Origin: an uncultured Bacteroidota bacterium
Lineage (GTDB): Bacteria > Bacteroidota > Ignavibacteria > UBA10030 > UBA6906
Direction: 5' to 3'
DNA: 64,000 bases
Assembly (NCBI GenBank): GCA_963700635.1
Contig: CAVOYH010000003.1
Span: 1,344,001 to 1,408,000 of the forward strand
Numbering within the stretch: the first letter of the stretch is position 1; every line of letters starts with the position of its first letter. This document shows positions 47,586 to 58,262 of this stretch, piece by piece. The notes beneath the pieces are model-generated. The model searched no databases. It was not told the origin of the DNA and saw nothing but the letters and a program-made list of their open reading frames with translations. Made by a program: the position numbers and the translations under genes.

Positions 47586-50561
47586 ATGAGTCACGACCAT
47601 CAACGACCGGAAGGCCCGGTGCCGTTCGATATAGACCGGCGCTCATTTCTCAAAGTTGCCGGGTTCTCGTTCGCAGGAGTTATGATCGCCGGATGCCAGA
47701 AGGGGGGCGTGGAAAAGGCAATTCCACTTCTGGTCCAACCGGAAGACTCCACGCCGGGCATTGCCTCCTGGTATCCCACCACATGCGCCGGGTGTTCTGC
47801 AGGATGTGGTGTGCTGGCGAAAGAGAGGGAAGGACGGCCCATCAAGCTTGAGGGGAATCCGGAGCATCCACTTTCGCGCGGCGGACTGTGCGCGGTGGGT
47901 CAGGCCTCACTGCTGGGACTGTACGATTCCCGGCGACTGCATACGTCCCTCATTCAAGGAAAGCCCTCTACCTGGAGTCAGATCGATGAGGAAGTGGGGG
48001 CGGAACTCAGACGGATCAAGAGCACGGGAGGTGCCGTGTGCTTCCTGACCGGGACCATCGACAGTCCGACGACGCGGGCCATGATCAATAAGTTCCTGGC
48101 CGGCTTCGCCCGTGCACGACATATCGAGTATGACTCGATGTCCTGCTCGGCCATTCTTGATGCGCATAATATCACGCATGGCAAACGGGTGCTGCCGCGC
48201 TATCGATTTGATAGAGCGGAAGTCATCGTCAGTGTTGATGCGGATTTTCTTGGCAATTGGATTTCGCCGGTTGAATTTACGAAGGGATATCGTTCTGGCC
48301 GGACACTCGGAGGCGATCCTGCTCGCTTTTCATTTCATGCCCAGATCGAGTCGCGTGTCTCACTCACCGGCAGCAATGCAGACGAACGAATCTGTGTTTC
48401 TCCGGATGAAATGCGCGGGAGTCTGGAGAAACTGGCAGAGCTGATTGCGTACAGATCAGGAAAGCAGCCCATTGTTCAGACCACTCTCTCCCCGGAGCTG
48501 GACCAAACGATCGGACGCCTTGCCGACCGGCTCTGGTCCGCTCGCGGCAGAGGGCTCGTACTCTGCGGGGTGAACACTCTCCGGTGTCAGTTGCTCGTGA
48601 ATGTCATCAATGACATGCTGGGGAATTACGGCCAGACCGTTGATCTCACCTTCCCCTCGTACCAGTATGGCGGCGATGATGCCGGGCTGGGAGAACTGTT
48701 GAAGGAAATCTTCTCCGGCGATATCGCCGCCCTGTTTATCGCAGGCGTGAACCCTGTCTATGAACTTCCGGACGGGCCGGCCCTCGGCGAGGCATTGAAG
48801 AAGATTCCGCTGGTGGTAAGTTTTGCGGAACGGGTTGACGAAACTGCCGCCTGTTCCCGGTACGTCTGCCCGCAGCCTCACGCGCTCGAATCGTGGACCG
48901 ATCGCGAACCGGTCGCCGGAATTGTTGCGGTGGCGCAGCCCGCCGTACAACCTCTGATGGACACACGGCATCTCCTTGAGAGCCTCGGTGTTTGGAGCGG
49001 TGAAAAAGAACCTGCGCTCAGTCTGATCCAGCGCGAGTGGAAACGGTCTGTGTTCACGCGACAATCGGGGGAAGTTTCCTTTCCACGATTCTGGGATCGA
49101 ACCCTGGCTTCAGGGTACGCCGAGGTTACCTCCAGGCCGGGTGTTTCACGGTCGTGCGACTACGCGGCACTCCGGGGTACACTGGCACCTGTTGTTCCTC
49201 CCGGTTCAGATACCGATGGGCACACGCTTCTCCTGTATCCTTCATTGACCATGCTGGATGGACGGCACGCGCACAATCCCTGGCTGCACGAACTCCCCGA
49301 TCCCGTCACAAAAGTGGTCTGGGACAACGTCGTATCGGTCTCGCGGAAGACCGCAGAAGCACTTGGTGTGCATGATGGGGATGTGCTCCGCCTTGAGGCG
49401 GATGACCGCTCGGTGGAGTTGCCCGTCCATATCCAACCCGGTCAGCACGATACGGTAGTGGTTGTTGCGCTCGGGTACGGAAGGGAGGGCACGGACCGGT
49501 TTGCGGATATTGGTCCGCATTGGCTTCAGTCACAGCCCACGGTGTCAGCGGGTGAACGTATCGGCAAGAATGCCGCGGTGTTTCTCCGGATGGCCGAGGG
49601 GTGTCTTTCCTCCTCTGGAGGCAGGGTTACGCTCGTTGCCACCGGGCGCAAGCAAACACTTGCCATGACCCAGGAGTACAACTCGCTTCACGAGCCCGAG
49701 CTTCTCGGCGGATCAACTGGTCCACGCCGGCCGATAGTTCAGGAAACCACGCTCGCGTCCTTTATCAAGGACCCATCGGCGGGGAGCTTCCACAAGGAAC
49801 AGCTCGACTCCATGTGGCCGGAGGATCACACCTACACAGGACATCGTTGGGGAATGGCGATTGATCTGACTGCCTGTACAGGCTGCTCCGCGTGTGTGCT
49901 CGGCTGCCAGGTAGAAAACAACATTCCGGTGGTCGGCAAAGATGAGGTCCATCGTAACAGGGAATTGGCGTGGATACGGATTGACCGTTATTACGACGAA
50001 TCCGGAGGCGGGTTCTCTGTTGCCCATCAGCCAATGATGTGTCAGCACTGCGGCAACGCTCCATGCGAGACCGTCTGTCCCGTTCTGGCCACGGTGCACA
50101 GTGAAGAGGGACTAAATCAGCAAATCTACAACCGCTGTGTCGGAACACGGTACTGTGCCAATAACTGTCCGTATAAGATGAGGCGATTCAACTGGTTTCA
50201 ATACCGGCACGGTGATGAAATGCATAAAATGGTACTCAACCCTGATGTTACCGTGCGTGATCGGGGTGTTATGGAAAAATGTTCGTTCTGCATTCAGCGC
50301 ATCCAGGGGGCGAAGATCGAGGCAAAACGAAACGGCAGGGTGGTGCGGGATGGGGATGTGCAGCCCGCATGTGCGCAATCATGTCCGGCGCAGGCTATCG
50401 TCTTTGGGGATACGAATGATCCGGAAAGTGACATATCGAAGCGATTGTCCGATCCCCGCGCGTACCGGGTGCTGGAAGAACTTGGCGTCCGTCCGTCGAT
50501 CGGCTACCTGACGCTGGTGCGAAATCGGGAAGCACAACGCACGGAGACGCATCATGGCTAA
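47586..50561 (+). CDS. actB: Alternative complex III subunit B (molybdopterin-oxidoreductase-like domain + Fe-S domain), Tat-exported
   Basis: DRRSFLK Tat motif; GRPIKLEGNP; NPWLHELPDPVTK..WDN; CTGCSAC..C, CQHC..PCETVCP, CVGTRYCANNCP, CSFC...CAQSCP. Confidence 0.93.
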   Translation: MSHDHQRPEGPVPFDIDRRSFLKVAGFSFAGVMIAGCQKGGVEKAIPLLVQPEDSTPGIASWYPTTCAGCSAGCGVLAKEREGRPIKLEGNPEHPLSRGGLCAVGQASLLGLYDSRRLHTSLIQGKPSTWSQIDEEVGAELRRIKSTGGAVCFLTGTIDSPTTRAMINKFLAGFARARHIEYDSMSCSAILDAHNITHGKRVLPRYRFDRAEVIVSVDADFLGNWISPVEFTKGYRSGRTLGGDPARFSFHAQIESRVSLTGSNADERICVSPDEMRGSLEKLAELIAYRSGKQPIVQTTLSPELDQTIGRLADRLWSARGRGLVLCGVNTLRCQLLVNVINDMLGNYGQTVDLTFPSYQYGGDDAGLGELLKEIFSGDIAALFIAGVNPVYELPDGPALGEALKKIPLVVSFAERVDETAACSRYVCPQPHALESWTDREPVAGIVAVAQPAVQPLMDTRHLLESLGVWSGEKEPALSLIQREWKRSVFTRQSGEVSFPRFWDRTLASGYAEVTSRPGVSRSCDYAALRGTLAPVVPPGSDTDGHTLLLYPSLTMLDGRHAHNPWLHELPDPVTKVVWDNVVSVSRKTAEALGVHDGDVLRLEADDRSVELPVHIQPGQHDTVVVVALGYGREGTDRFADIGPHWLQSQPTVSAGERIGKNAAVFLRMAEGCLSSSGGRVTLVATGRKQTLAMTQEYNSLHEPELLGGSTGPRRPIVQETTLASFIKDPSAGSFHKEQLDSMWPEDHTYTGHRWGMAIDLTACTGCSACVLGCQVENNIPVVGKDEVHRNRELAWIRIDRYYDESGGGFSVAHQPMMCQHCGNAPCETVCPVLATVHSEEGLNQQIYNRCVGTRYCANNCPYKMRRFNWFQYRHGDEMHKMVLNPDVTVRDRGVMEKCSFCIQRIQGAKIEAKRNGRVVRDGDVQPACAQSCPAQAIVFGDTNDPESDISKRLSDPRAYRVLEELGVRPSIGYLTLVRNREAQRTETHHG

Positions 50562-51978
50562 GACCCCCGTGGCTGCCCGCACGTTCCCCGCCGCACACGA
50601 GGAAAAGTCCTCTGGCTGGTCTGTGTTGAGAGAGCCACTCATTCTCGGGCACAAGACGTATGGTGATGTCACGGAAGATGTGTGCTCGCCTCTGGACCAG
50701 AAGGCATCCACGGCCTGGTGGGCGGCGTTTGTGATTTCTCTCTGCGTCTTGCTGCTGGGGGTGGTCTCTGTTGCCTATCAAATCGCAACCGGCGTCGGTG
50801 CGTGGGGATTGAACAACACCGTTGGCTGGGCGTTTGATATCACCAACTTTGTGTTCTGGATTGGTATCGGCCACGCAGGGACGCTGATCTCAGCCATCCT
50901 GTTTCTTTTCCGCCAGAAGTGGAGAACCGGGGTTAACCGTTCGGCGGAAGCGATGACGATATTTGCGGTGATTTGCGCGGGCATTTTTCCCATCATCCAC
51001 ACGGGGCGTCCCTGGCTGGCGTACTGGCTGGTTCCGTATCCGAATTTCCGCGGACCGCTCTGGGTGAACTTCCGGTCTCCGCTGGTGTGGGATATGTTTG
51101 CGATCAGCTGTTATTTCACGATTTCTGCGGTGTTCTGGTTTGTGGGGCTCATTCCTGACTTTGCCACGCTCCGCGACCGGTCAACGTCCGGTCTGAAAAA
51201 ACGGCTCTACAGCTTCCTCAGTTTCGGATGGGATGGATCCAATCGCACCTGGCACCGATACGAAAAGGTATATCTGCTGCTCGCGGGATTGGCGACACCG
51301 TTGGTGGTGTCGGTACACACGATTGTGAGCTGGGACTTTGCAACCTCGGTCATCCCCGGGTGGCACACGACCATCCTCCCTCCCTATTTTGTGGCAGGCG
51401 CGGTGTTCTCCGGTTTTGCCATGGTGCTCACCCTGATGCTAATCGTGCGCACGGTGATGCGAATGGAAGCCTACATTACCCTCCATCATGTTGAACAGAT
51501 GTGCAAGATCATTCTCACCACGGGAGGCATGGTGGCGCTGGCCTATGCCACCGAGATCTTTGTGGCATATTATTCCGGGAACGAATACGAACGATTCGCT
51601 TTTATCAACAGGGCCCTCGGACCGTACGCCTGGGCGTACTGGACGATGGTCTCGTGTAATGTTCTGGTACCTCAGTTCCTGTGGTTTAAGAAGATCAGAA
51701 GGAGCATCGTTGCCGTTTTTATTCTTTCCATTTTCATCAATATCGGCATGTGGTTTGAGCGGTACGTGATCATCATGACGTCCCTGACCAGGGATTATCT
51801 CCCGGCAGGGTGGTCCGGCTTTACACCCACTCTTATTGACCTCGGCACGCTGATCGGAAGCTTCGGGTTGTTTTTTACTCTCTTCCTGCTCTTTGCCCGG
51901 TTTCTCCCGATGATTGCCATCGGTGAAGTGAAGGGGGTTCTCCGGTACGGCCGTACACCGAAAGGGGATTCAGCATGA
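50554..51978 (+). CDS. actC: Alternative complex III subunit C (NrfD/PsrC-type quinol-binding membrane subunit)
   Basis: WAFDITNFVFWIGIGHAGTLISAI, NRSAEAMT, HTGRPW, SPLVWD, PLVVSVHT, PPYFVAGA, GMWFER. Confidence 0.95.
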   Translation: MAKTPVAARTFPAAHEEKSSGWSVLREPLILGHKTYGDVTEDVCSPLDQKASTAWWAAFVISLCVLLLGVVSVAYQIATGVGAWGLNNTVGWAFDITNFVFWIGIGHAGTLISAILFLFRQKWRTGVNRSAEAMTIFAVICAGIFPIIHTGRPWLAYWLVPYPNFRGPLWVNFRSPLVWDMFAISCYFTISAVFWFVGLIPDFATLRDRSTSGLKKRLYSFLSFGWDGSNRTWHRYEKVYLLLAGLATPLVVSVHTIVSWDFATSVIPGWHTTILPPYFVAGAVFSGFAMVLTLMLIVRTVMRMEAYITLHHVEQMCKIILTTGGMVALAYATEIFVAYYSGNEYERFAFINRALGPYAWAYWTMVSCNVLVPQFLWFKKIRRSIVAVFILSIFINIGMWFERYVIIMTSLTRDYLPAGWSGFTPTLIDLGTLIGSFGLFFTLFLLFARFLPMIAIGEVKGVLRYGRTPKGDSA

Positions 51979-52499
51979 GCCGCCGCGTATTGGTAAGTGT
52001 GTTCGGGAGTGAGGAGGATATCCTCGGCGCCACAACGCAGGCACGAGAGCGCGGTTATGACATCATTGATACCTATACGCCGTATGCGGTGCACGGACTC
52101 GATGCGGCCATGGGAATCACCCCCACACGTCTTGCGTACGTGTGTTTTGCGCTGGGCCTGACCGGCGCAGTAGCCAAACTGGGTTTCCAGATCTGGACGT
52201 CGGCATGGGATTGGCCCGTGAATGTGGGAGGCAAGCCTCTCGTGTCAATCCCTGCGTTTGTCCCGGTGACCTTTGAAGTCATGGTATTGTTTGCCGGCGT
52301 CGGAACCGTTCTGGCCTTCTTTCTGGTGAGCCGGCTCTTTCCGGGAAAAAAACCGAAGGTGGTGTTTCCACGGGTGACCGACGATCATTTTGTTCTTGTG
52401 CTTGACGAGAAGGATGCTTCGTTTGACGTCAGGAAAGTGGAACTCATGTTCAAACCGTATGCCCCGCTCCACATGGAGGAGCGGGTGCTGCAGGAGTAG
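51975..52499 (+). CDS. actD: Alternative complex III subunit D (DUF3341)
   Basis: YTPYAVHGLD.AMG, DWPVNVGGKP, PAFVPVTFE, RVTDDHF. Confidence 0.92.
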   Translation: MSRRVLVSVFGSEEDILGATTQARERGYDIIDTYTPYAVHGLDAAMGITPTRLAYVCFALGLTGAVAKLGFQIWTSAWDWPVNVGGKPLVSIPAFVPVTFEVMVLFAGVGTVLAFFLVSRLFPGKKPKVVFPRVTDDHFVLVLDEKDASFDVRKVELMFKPYAPLHMEERVLQE

Positions 52500-52502
52500 C
52501 GC

Positions 52503-53099
52503 ATGTCGAGCAAGGCCCTGAACCGTGTTCTGTTCGTCATTCTCGTATTCATGGTGGGTACGGTCTTTCTTGTTCGCCGGGATTACACCACGAAAAACGT
52601 GGAATTCCTGCCGGGGATGGTTTCCGGTGTTGCGTACGGACCACAATCCGCCAACCCGATTTTTCAGGATCGAAAGACCCTTCAGATGCCGGTGAAAGGA
52701 ACGGTGGCGCGGGGGTTTGAACCGCTGCTGTACACCCCGGATCCGGAAGGCGCGCTTCGGGCCGGGCTGGAGTTAGGCAGTTCGCTGGATCCGAAAGACA
52801 GCACCGGGGATCTTGCCCGCGGGGCGTTTGTCTTTAACACATTCTGTACACCCTGCCATGGATCAGGCGGAGCGGGCGATGGCCTGATTCCCCAGCGCGG
52901 ATTTCCGCCCCCGCCCTCGCTCCTTGCAGAGCATGCCGTCACCATGAAGGACGGGCAGATCTTCCATATCATCACCTATGGTCAGCGCACTATGCCTGCC
53001 CTTGCCGGGCAAGTGGTGCGCGACGATCGGTGGCGTGTGGTGAACTTTATCCGGACGCTGCAGAAACATTCAAAACCGACTCCCCTCGCCGCACAATGA
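52503..53099 (+). CDS. actE: Alternative complex III monoheme cytochrome c subunit
   Basis: PVKGTVARG, CTPCH, DGQIFHIITYG..TMP, DRWRVVNFIRTLQ. Confidence 0.9.
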   Translation: MSSKALNRVLFVILVFMVGTVFLVRRDYTTKNVEFLPGMVSGVAYGPQSANPIFQDRKTLQMPVKGTVARGFEPLLYTPDPEGALRAGLELGSSLDPKDSTGDLARGAFVFNTFCTPCHGSGGAGDGLIPQRGFPPPPSLLAEHAVTMKDGQIFHIITYGQRTMPALAGQVVRDDRWRVVNFIRTLQKHSKPTPLAAQ

Positions 53100-54283
53100 A
53101 ACCCGAACCCCACATCCCGCATACCACGTTCCGAATGTCGGAACGGCTCCGGAAGACCCTTCTCGGCGTCACCCTTGCCGGATTGTCCATCGCGGCGCTT
53201 GGCGTCATTGTATCACCCGAACGTACGTGGCCCAATATTCTCCTGGCCAATTATTATCTGATGAGTCTCGGACTGGCGGGCGTGTTCTTTGTCGCGCTGC
53301 AGTATGTGTCCAATGCGGGCTGGCCGACGGCATTCCGGCGTGTGCCCGAAGCGATGATAACAACCATCCCGGTCTCCGGACTGGTGATGCTCGTTATCCT
53401 GTTCGGCATTCCCGCGCTCTACGAATGGAGCCACGTGTCGGCCGTGGAGCAGAGCAGGGTGCTGCAGGCAAAAGCAGGGTGGCTGAATATCCCCTTCTTT
53501 GCCGTCCGCACCGTTCTCTATCTGACGGTATGGGTTGTCCTTGCCTCCGCCATCGTCCGTTTGTCCCGAAAACAGGATCTGGATGGCGGGGTGGTGCACA
53601 CGCTCAGGAACAGAAAATTCTCGGCGGCATTTATCGTTGTCTTTGCTTTGACATTCACGCTTGCCAGCATGGACTGGATCATGTCGCTGGAACCCCACTG
53701 GTTCAGCACCATCTTCGGCGTGTACAATTTCAGCGGTCTGTTTCTGAACGGTCTTGCGACGATCACGTTGAGTGTCATTCTCCTGCGCCGGTGGGGGTTT
53801 CTGGCGGGGGTTGTCAGCGATGCGCATCTGCATGATCTCGGCAAACTTCTCTTTGCTTTCAGTACCTTCTGGATGTACATCTGGTTCAGCCAGTACATCC
53901 TCATATGGTATGCGAACATCCCCGAAGAAGTGCGGTACTACACCACGCGTTCACAGGGAGGGTGGCTGGTATTGACGATCGTGAATGTGGTTTTCAACTG
54001 GTTGATACCGTTTCTCATCCTGCTCCCCGCCTGGACGAAGAAAAACGAAGCGGTTCTGTTTCGCGTCTGCATCATTCTCATGATCGGTCACTGGATTGAT
54101 TTGTTCTGGATGATTCTTCCTCCCTTTATGAAAGGGAATCCCACGTTGTTCTTCTGGGAAATCGGTCCCATAGCTGCTGCAATCGGTGGATTCTTCCTGT
54201 TGACATTCAGGACTTTGGCCAGGCACAAACTCGTCCCGGCGAAGGACCCGTACCTCGCTGAAAGTATCACACGAGACCATTAA
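53096..54283 (+). CDS. actF: Alternative complex III subunit F (membrane)
   Basis: [57 protein letters not shown]. Confidence 0.93.
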   Translation: MKPEPHIPHTTFRMSERLRKTLLGVTLAGLSIAALGVIVSPERTWPNILLANYYLMSLGLAGVFFVALQYVSNAGWPTAFRRVPEAMITTIPVSGLVMLVILFGIPALYEWSHVSAVEQSRVLQAKAGWLNIPFFAVRTVLYLTVWVVLASAIVRLSRKQDLDGGVVHTLRNRKFSAAFIVVFALTFTLASMDWIMSLEPHWFSTIFGVYNFSGLFLNGLATITLSVILLRRWGFLAGVVSDAHLHDLGKLLFAFSTFWMYIWFSQYILIWYANIPEEVRYYTTRSQGGWLVLTIVNVVFNWLIPFLILLPAWTKKNEAVLFRVCIILMIGHWIDLFWMILPPFMKGNPTLFFWEIGPIAAAIGGFFLLTFRTLARHKLVPAKDPYLAESITRDH

Positions 54284-54293
54284 GGGAGGTGGC

Positions 54294-56374
54294 ATGAACA
54301 GAAAGACTTTTGTCCGGTTACTCGGAGCAGCTCTTCTACTCCTCGTCGCGTTACCCGGTGAAGGGCAATGGGTGAAAACGAACGGACCCGATGGAGGATC
54401 GGTAGATTGTTTTGTGGGTGATTCCGCGGCATTGTATGCCGGAACCAGCGGGGGGATCTATCGTACAACTGATGCCGGTGGATCCTGGGGCTGGTTCGGG
54501 GGAGGGCTCACAACGGACCGTGTACAATCACTGCTTCGGGATAAGGGCATGCTCTACGCCGGAACCGCCGGAGGGGGTGTGTTCAAATCCACCGACGAAG
54601 GGGTGACCTGGGCGTCCTCCAATACAGGGCTCGCGTATCTCAGCATACTGGCACTCGCCGCGACGGACTCGGGCGTGTTTTCAACGAGTGCCGGAGGAAT
54701 CTACCGCTCTACCACCGGCGGAACAAGTTGGTTTCCCGTCAACACGGGGCTGACCAAAACGCGCACGCGGTGCCTCCTGTCAGCTGATAATACGCTCTTT
54801 GCGGGAACGGATGGCGCAGGTATGTTTCGTTCCACCGATCAGGGCGGACTCTGGATACCGATAAACACTGGGTTGACCGATTCGGTGATCACATCCTCGG
54901 TACTGGCAGGGGGGACTCTCTTCATTGGCACCCAATCCGCAGGTGTTTTTCGATCCACCGATGACGGAGCATCCTGGACGGCGGTCAATGACGGACTGCT
55001 CAACCTTTCTGTGAGCGCGGTTGCAGGCGACCCGGCTGTTCTCTTCGCCGGAACCTGGTTTAACGGCTGTTACCGTTCCACCAACCAGGGGGCCACATGG
55101 GTGAGGGTCGGTCTCGGTACGACCAACGGTGCGGTGCGGTCCGTTCTGGTGACCGGCGGACGGGTATTCCTCGGAACACTTGGTGGCGCGTATGTATCAA
55201 ACGATCAGGGTACCTCCTGGTCGAATATCTCGGCCGGCATCTGGGCCACCGCCGTCCTTGCACTCTATCCTACACCTTCAGGGCTGTTTGCCGGAACGAA
55301 CACCACGGGAGTCGCGGTTACAATCAACAAGGGTGCCACATGGCATACTGCCGGCACAGGCATTACCTATCCGTCAGTGTATGCTCTTACGAAAGCCGGC
55401 TCGACTCTCCTTGCCGGGACCAATGGTAACGGCGTATTCGGTTCCACGGACGACGGACTCACGTGGAATCCGAGGAATGCGGGAATTACCATGATGAACA
55501 TTCTCACACTGGCGAGTAATGGTGCTGCCACGTATGCAGGGACATTGGACGGATTGTTCATTTCCACAAATGAAGGGGCGGTCTGGTCCACGGCCCCAAT
55601 CGGTCACACCGGGGCGACGGTGTACGGGCTGGTTACGCTGGACACACTCGTGTTTGCCGGGATCTACGGCGTTGGCGTTTTGAAGTCAACAGACGGAGGG
55701 CAGACATGGAACACCGCCAATGCAGGCCTTGGTGATCTGAGCGTCCGGTCACTCTCTGTTTCAGGAACTACACTCCTCCTAGGTATTTTCGGGGAGGGTA
55801 TATTCCGGTCCACAAATCGGGGCGTGGGCTGGCAGGCGTCTACGACCATGTGGCCCCTGGGCGGAGTCACCGCGGTCGCAACCAGCGGGACGACAATGTT
55901 TGCCGCTACAGATTACTATGGCGTGTTCCGTTCGGAAGACGGAGGGGACACCTGGGCCGAGGTGAATGAAGGACTCGTCTCGAAGCAACTCCAGGCCCTG
56001 GCGGTCGCAGGTGGGGATCTGTATGCAGGCTCAAGTGGTTCAGGAGTATGGAGGCGGCCCATTTCAGAACTGGTCACATCCACGCCGCGCGATGCAGACC
56101 GTTCGCTGCCGGAGGGGTTCAGCATGGAGCAGAATTATCCCAATCCGTTTAATCCCTCGACCACAATCCGTTATGGATTGCCCCGTCGCTCGCACGTCAC
56201 GCTGTCGATCTACAATAGTCTGGGCCAGCGTGTGGCGCAGCTCGTCAACGGCGAGAGGGGGGAGGCTATCACGAGGAGCAATTCGACGGTTCACGTCTGG
56301 CCAGCGGTGTATACTTCTACAGGATTCAATCAGGATCGTTCGTCCAAACAAATCGGCTGGTGTTGATGCGTTGA
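54294..56374 (+). CDS. Secreted BNR/Asp-box repeat beta-propeller protein with T9SS C-terminal domain; frameshift at ~56260
   Basis: 13 repeats of (S/T)xxxGxxW, e.g. STDEGVTW; [15 protein letters not shown]; adding one G to the G6 run 56257-56262 restores [21 protein letters not shown]...LMR-stop at 56374. Confidence 0.88.
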
Positions 56375-56519
56375 CTCCTGCTAGGGGAACTGTCGGGCCC
56401 GGTACTGAAGGTAGTCCTCTATGGTATCGATGTCCGACAGTTCTCGCAGCAAAACGACGGTTGCCTGATGTTCTTGAAGGAGACGGAATGAATCCTCGAT
56501 TTTTCGGTTCCCGGCGCAT

Positions 56520-57867
56520 TCATCGGGCGGTCCACTCCGTCTCAGATGCCGATTCCGTTTTCCACCGACCTGAGGCCGCCTTCCTGCCGAATTGACCTCT
56601 TGCGATTTCCCAGCCAAGAACCAGAAAAAACGGAACATACTCGATAAGGAGCAACAGCGTATTCTCCTGCCAGACTGATGTCAGGCGGTACTGGTAGACA
56701 ACGATATTGCTGATGTTTGACAACCCGAGGAAGACGAATACCGCAGTTGACCATCGCAGGGTTATGAGCGCGGCGATCCACGTCAGGTACCACGGGTGAA
56801 CGACCGGTGCGAAAATAATCATGCCAAGGAATATGAGAAAAACCTTTTCCGGGATGGGGCGATCAATAGAAAGAACCCCTGCCACCCAGAGCAGTGTTGC
56901 TCCTGCGCAGTAGAGATGCGCCATTTCGTTCGATCCAACGAGGGCATACACGAGTGCGAACACCGAGCCGTTAAATTCCCATCGCGAACTGAATACAGCA
57001 AGGGATTCAAACAATCCGCCCGTAGGCTCACGGTAGAGCCAGTACCCGGCAACGACGAGTGCGGCAGTAACACCTGGTATCCAGATGCTCTTCCAGTGTC
57101 GAAGGGACCGCATGGTGAGCGGTGCGAGGACCAGTGGGACGAGTTTCGTAAGCACTGCACCTCCCAGAGCGATTGCGGCGAAGACGCGTTTGTTCTTCAC
57201 GAGCAGCAGCACAAAGAGGAGCATCAAGAGTATCCCGAGAGAATCCACATGGCCGTCGAGGCCAAAGTACAGTACGGGAAGCGGGGACCACGCATACACC
57301 AGGATACCTTCCGGCGGCAGACCAAGGCGACGAAGGAGGAGGAGCAGTATTCCCAAAGACCCGATATCACACAGGACCAGCAGGAACTTCAGTCCCGTGA
57401 GAGAATCCCCGAACAGGAGCGTCGAGAAGGCGAAGAGGCCCTGAGCAAGCGGAGGATAGATCGTACGCATGCCGGGGTGATTGATTTTCCCCGGCAAGGT
57501 GTCGGTGCTCAGGGACTTCAGTGTGGGGTCAGAGGGGGAAAAAGCGAAGGGATTAATACCGTGCACGGCAACCCTGCCGTCCCACACGTACCGGTAGATA
57601 TCATCGGATCCGACAGGATCATGGGCAACAAGGGTGAGTCGAAAAAGAATGCCAAACCCGACAATCAACGGGACCAAGCTTCTCCGGTCCGTGGCGGGTT
57701 GCTTCGTACGCCGGAGACGCAATAACGGCGACGACGAGAAGGAGAAATGTCAGGCCGTTCACCACGATGAACGCGACAATATCCTGGAGCGGGTCATGCA
57801 CAATGTACAGCCCGATGTAACAGAGCTCCATCAGGACGCCAAGCGTGATACCATGAAGTCTGGACAC
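56520..57867 (-). CDS. GT-C fold membrane glycosyltransferase (GT87/DUF2029-like); frameshift at ~57722
   Basis: SDDIYRYVWDG, GINP, TIYPP, YAWSPL, GHVD, WEFNGS, VHPWY; two extra N-terminal TM helices lie in the adjacent frame (57722-57867). Confidence 0.8.
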
Positions 57868-58262
57868 GACTAGACCTTTTTTACGAGGTATTTTGCTATT
57901 GTATAGAGGATCATCGCCGAGGCTTTTACTGTCCCCGCCAGGGTGCCTGCCACTTTGGATTTGTTTGCCATAGTAGTGATGACTTGGATGGAGTGACAGG
58001 TGCTGGCTGGCGGCTGGGCGAATGCTGGTGCGTATAGTAGGGAATCCACACTCCAGAGTCAATATTTGTCGGCTGGCGGACAAATCTTCAGCGTGTGTGA
58101 TTCGGAGCTTGACAATTCGCAAAAGGATACTCTCATTGCGCCGGCAGAGTATCTGCCTGCACCGGTCAAGGCCAGCATACTCGCCAACAAACAGAGATTC
58201 CCATTCCCGATCTGCCCGGAGATGTCCTCCGTACACGATCATGAACGAAGGGACTTCGTACA

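Noticed and set aside
47586-50561. ActB as a stand-alone molybdoenzyme (Psr/Ttr-type reductase)
   Set aside because: The fused Fe-S domain and full actA/C/D/E/F context identify ACIII; Mo binding cannot be shown from the sequence
54400-56060. Periodic repeats possibly indicating a DNA repeat array or CRISPR
   Set aside because: The periodicity is at protein level (Asp-box blades) with divergent codons; there are no identical direct repeats with spacers
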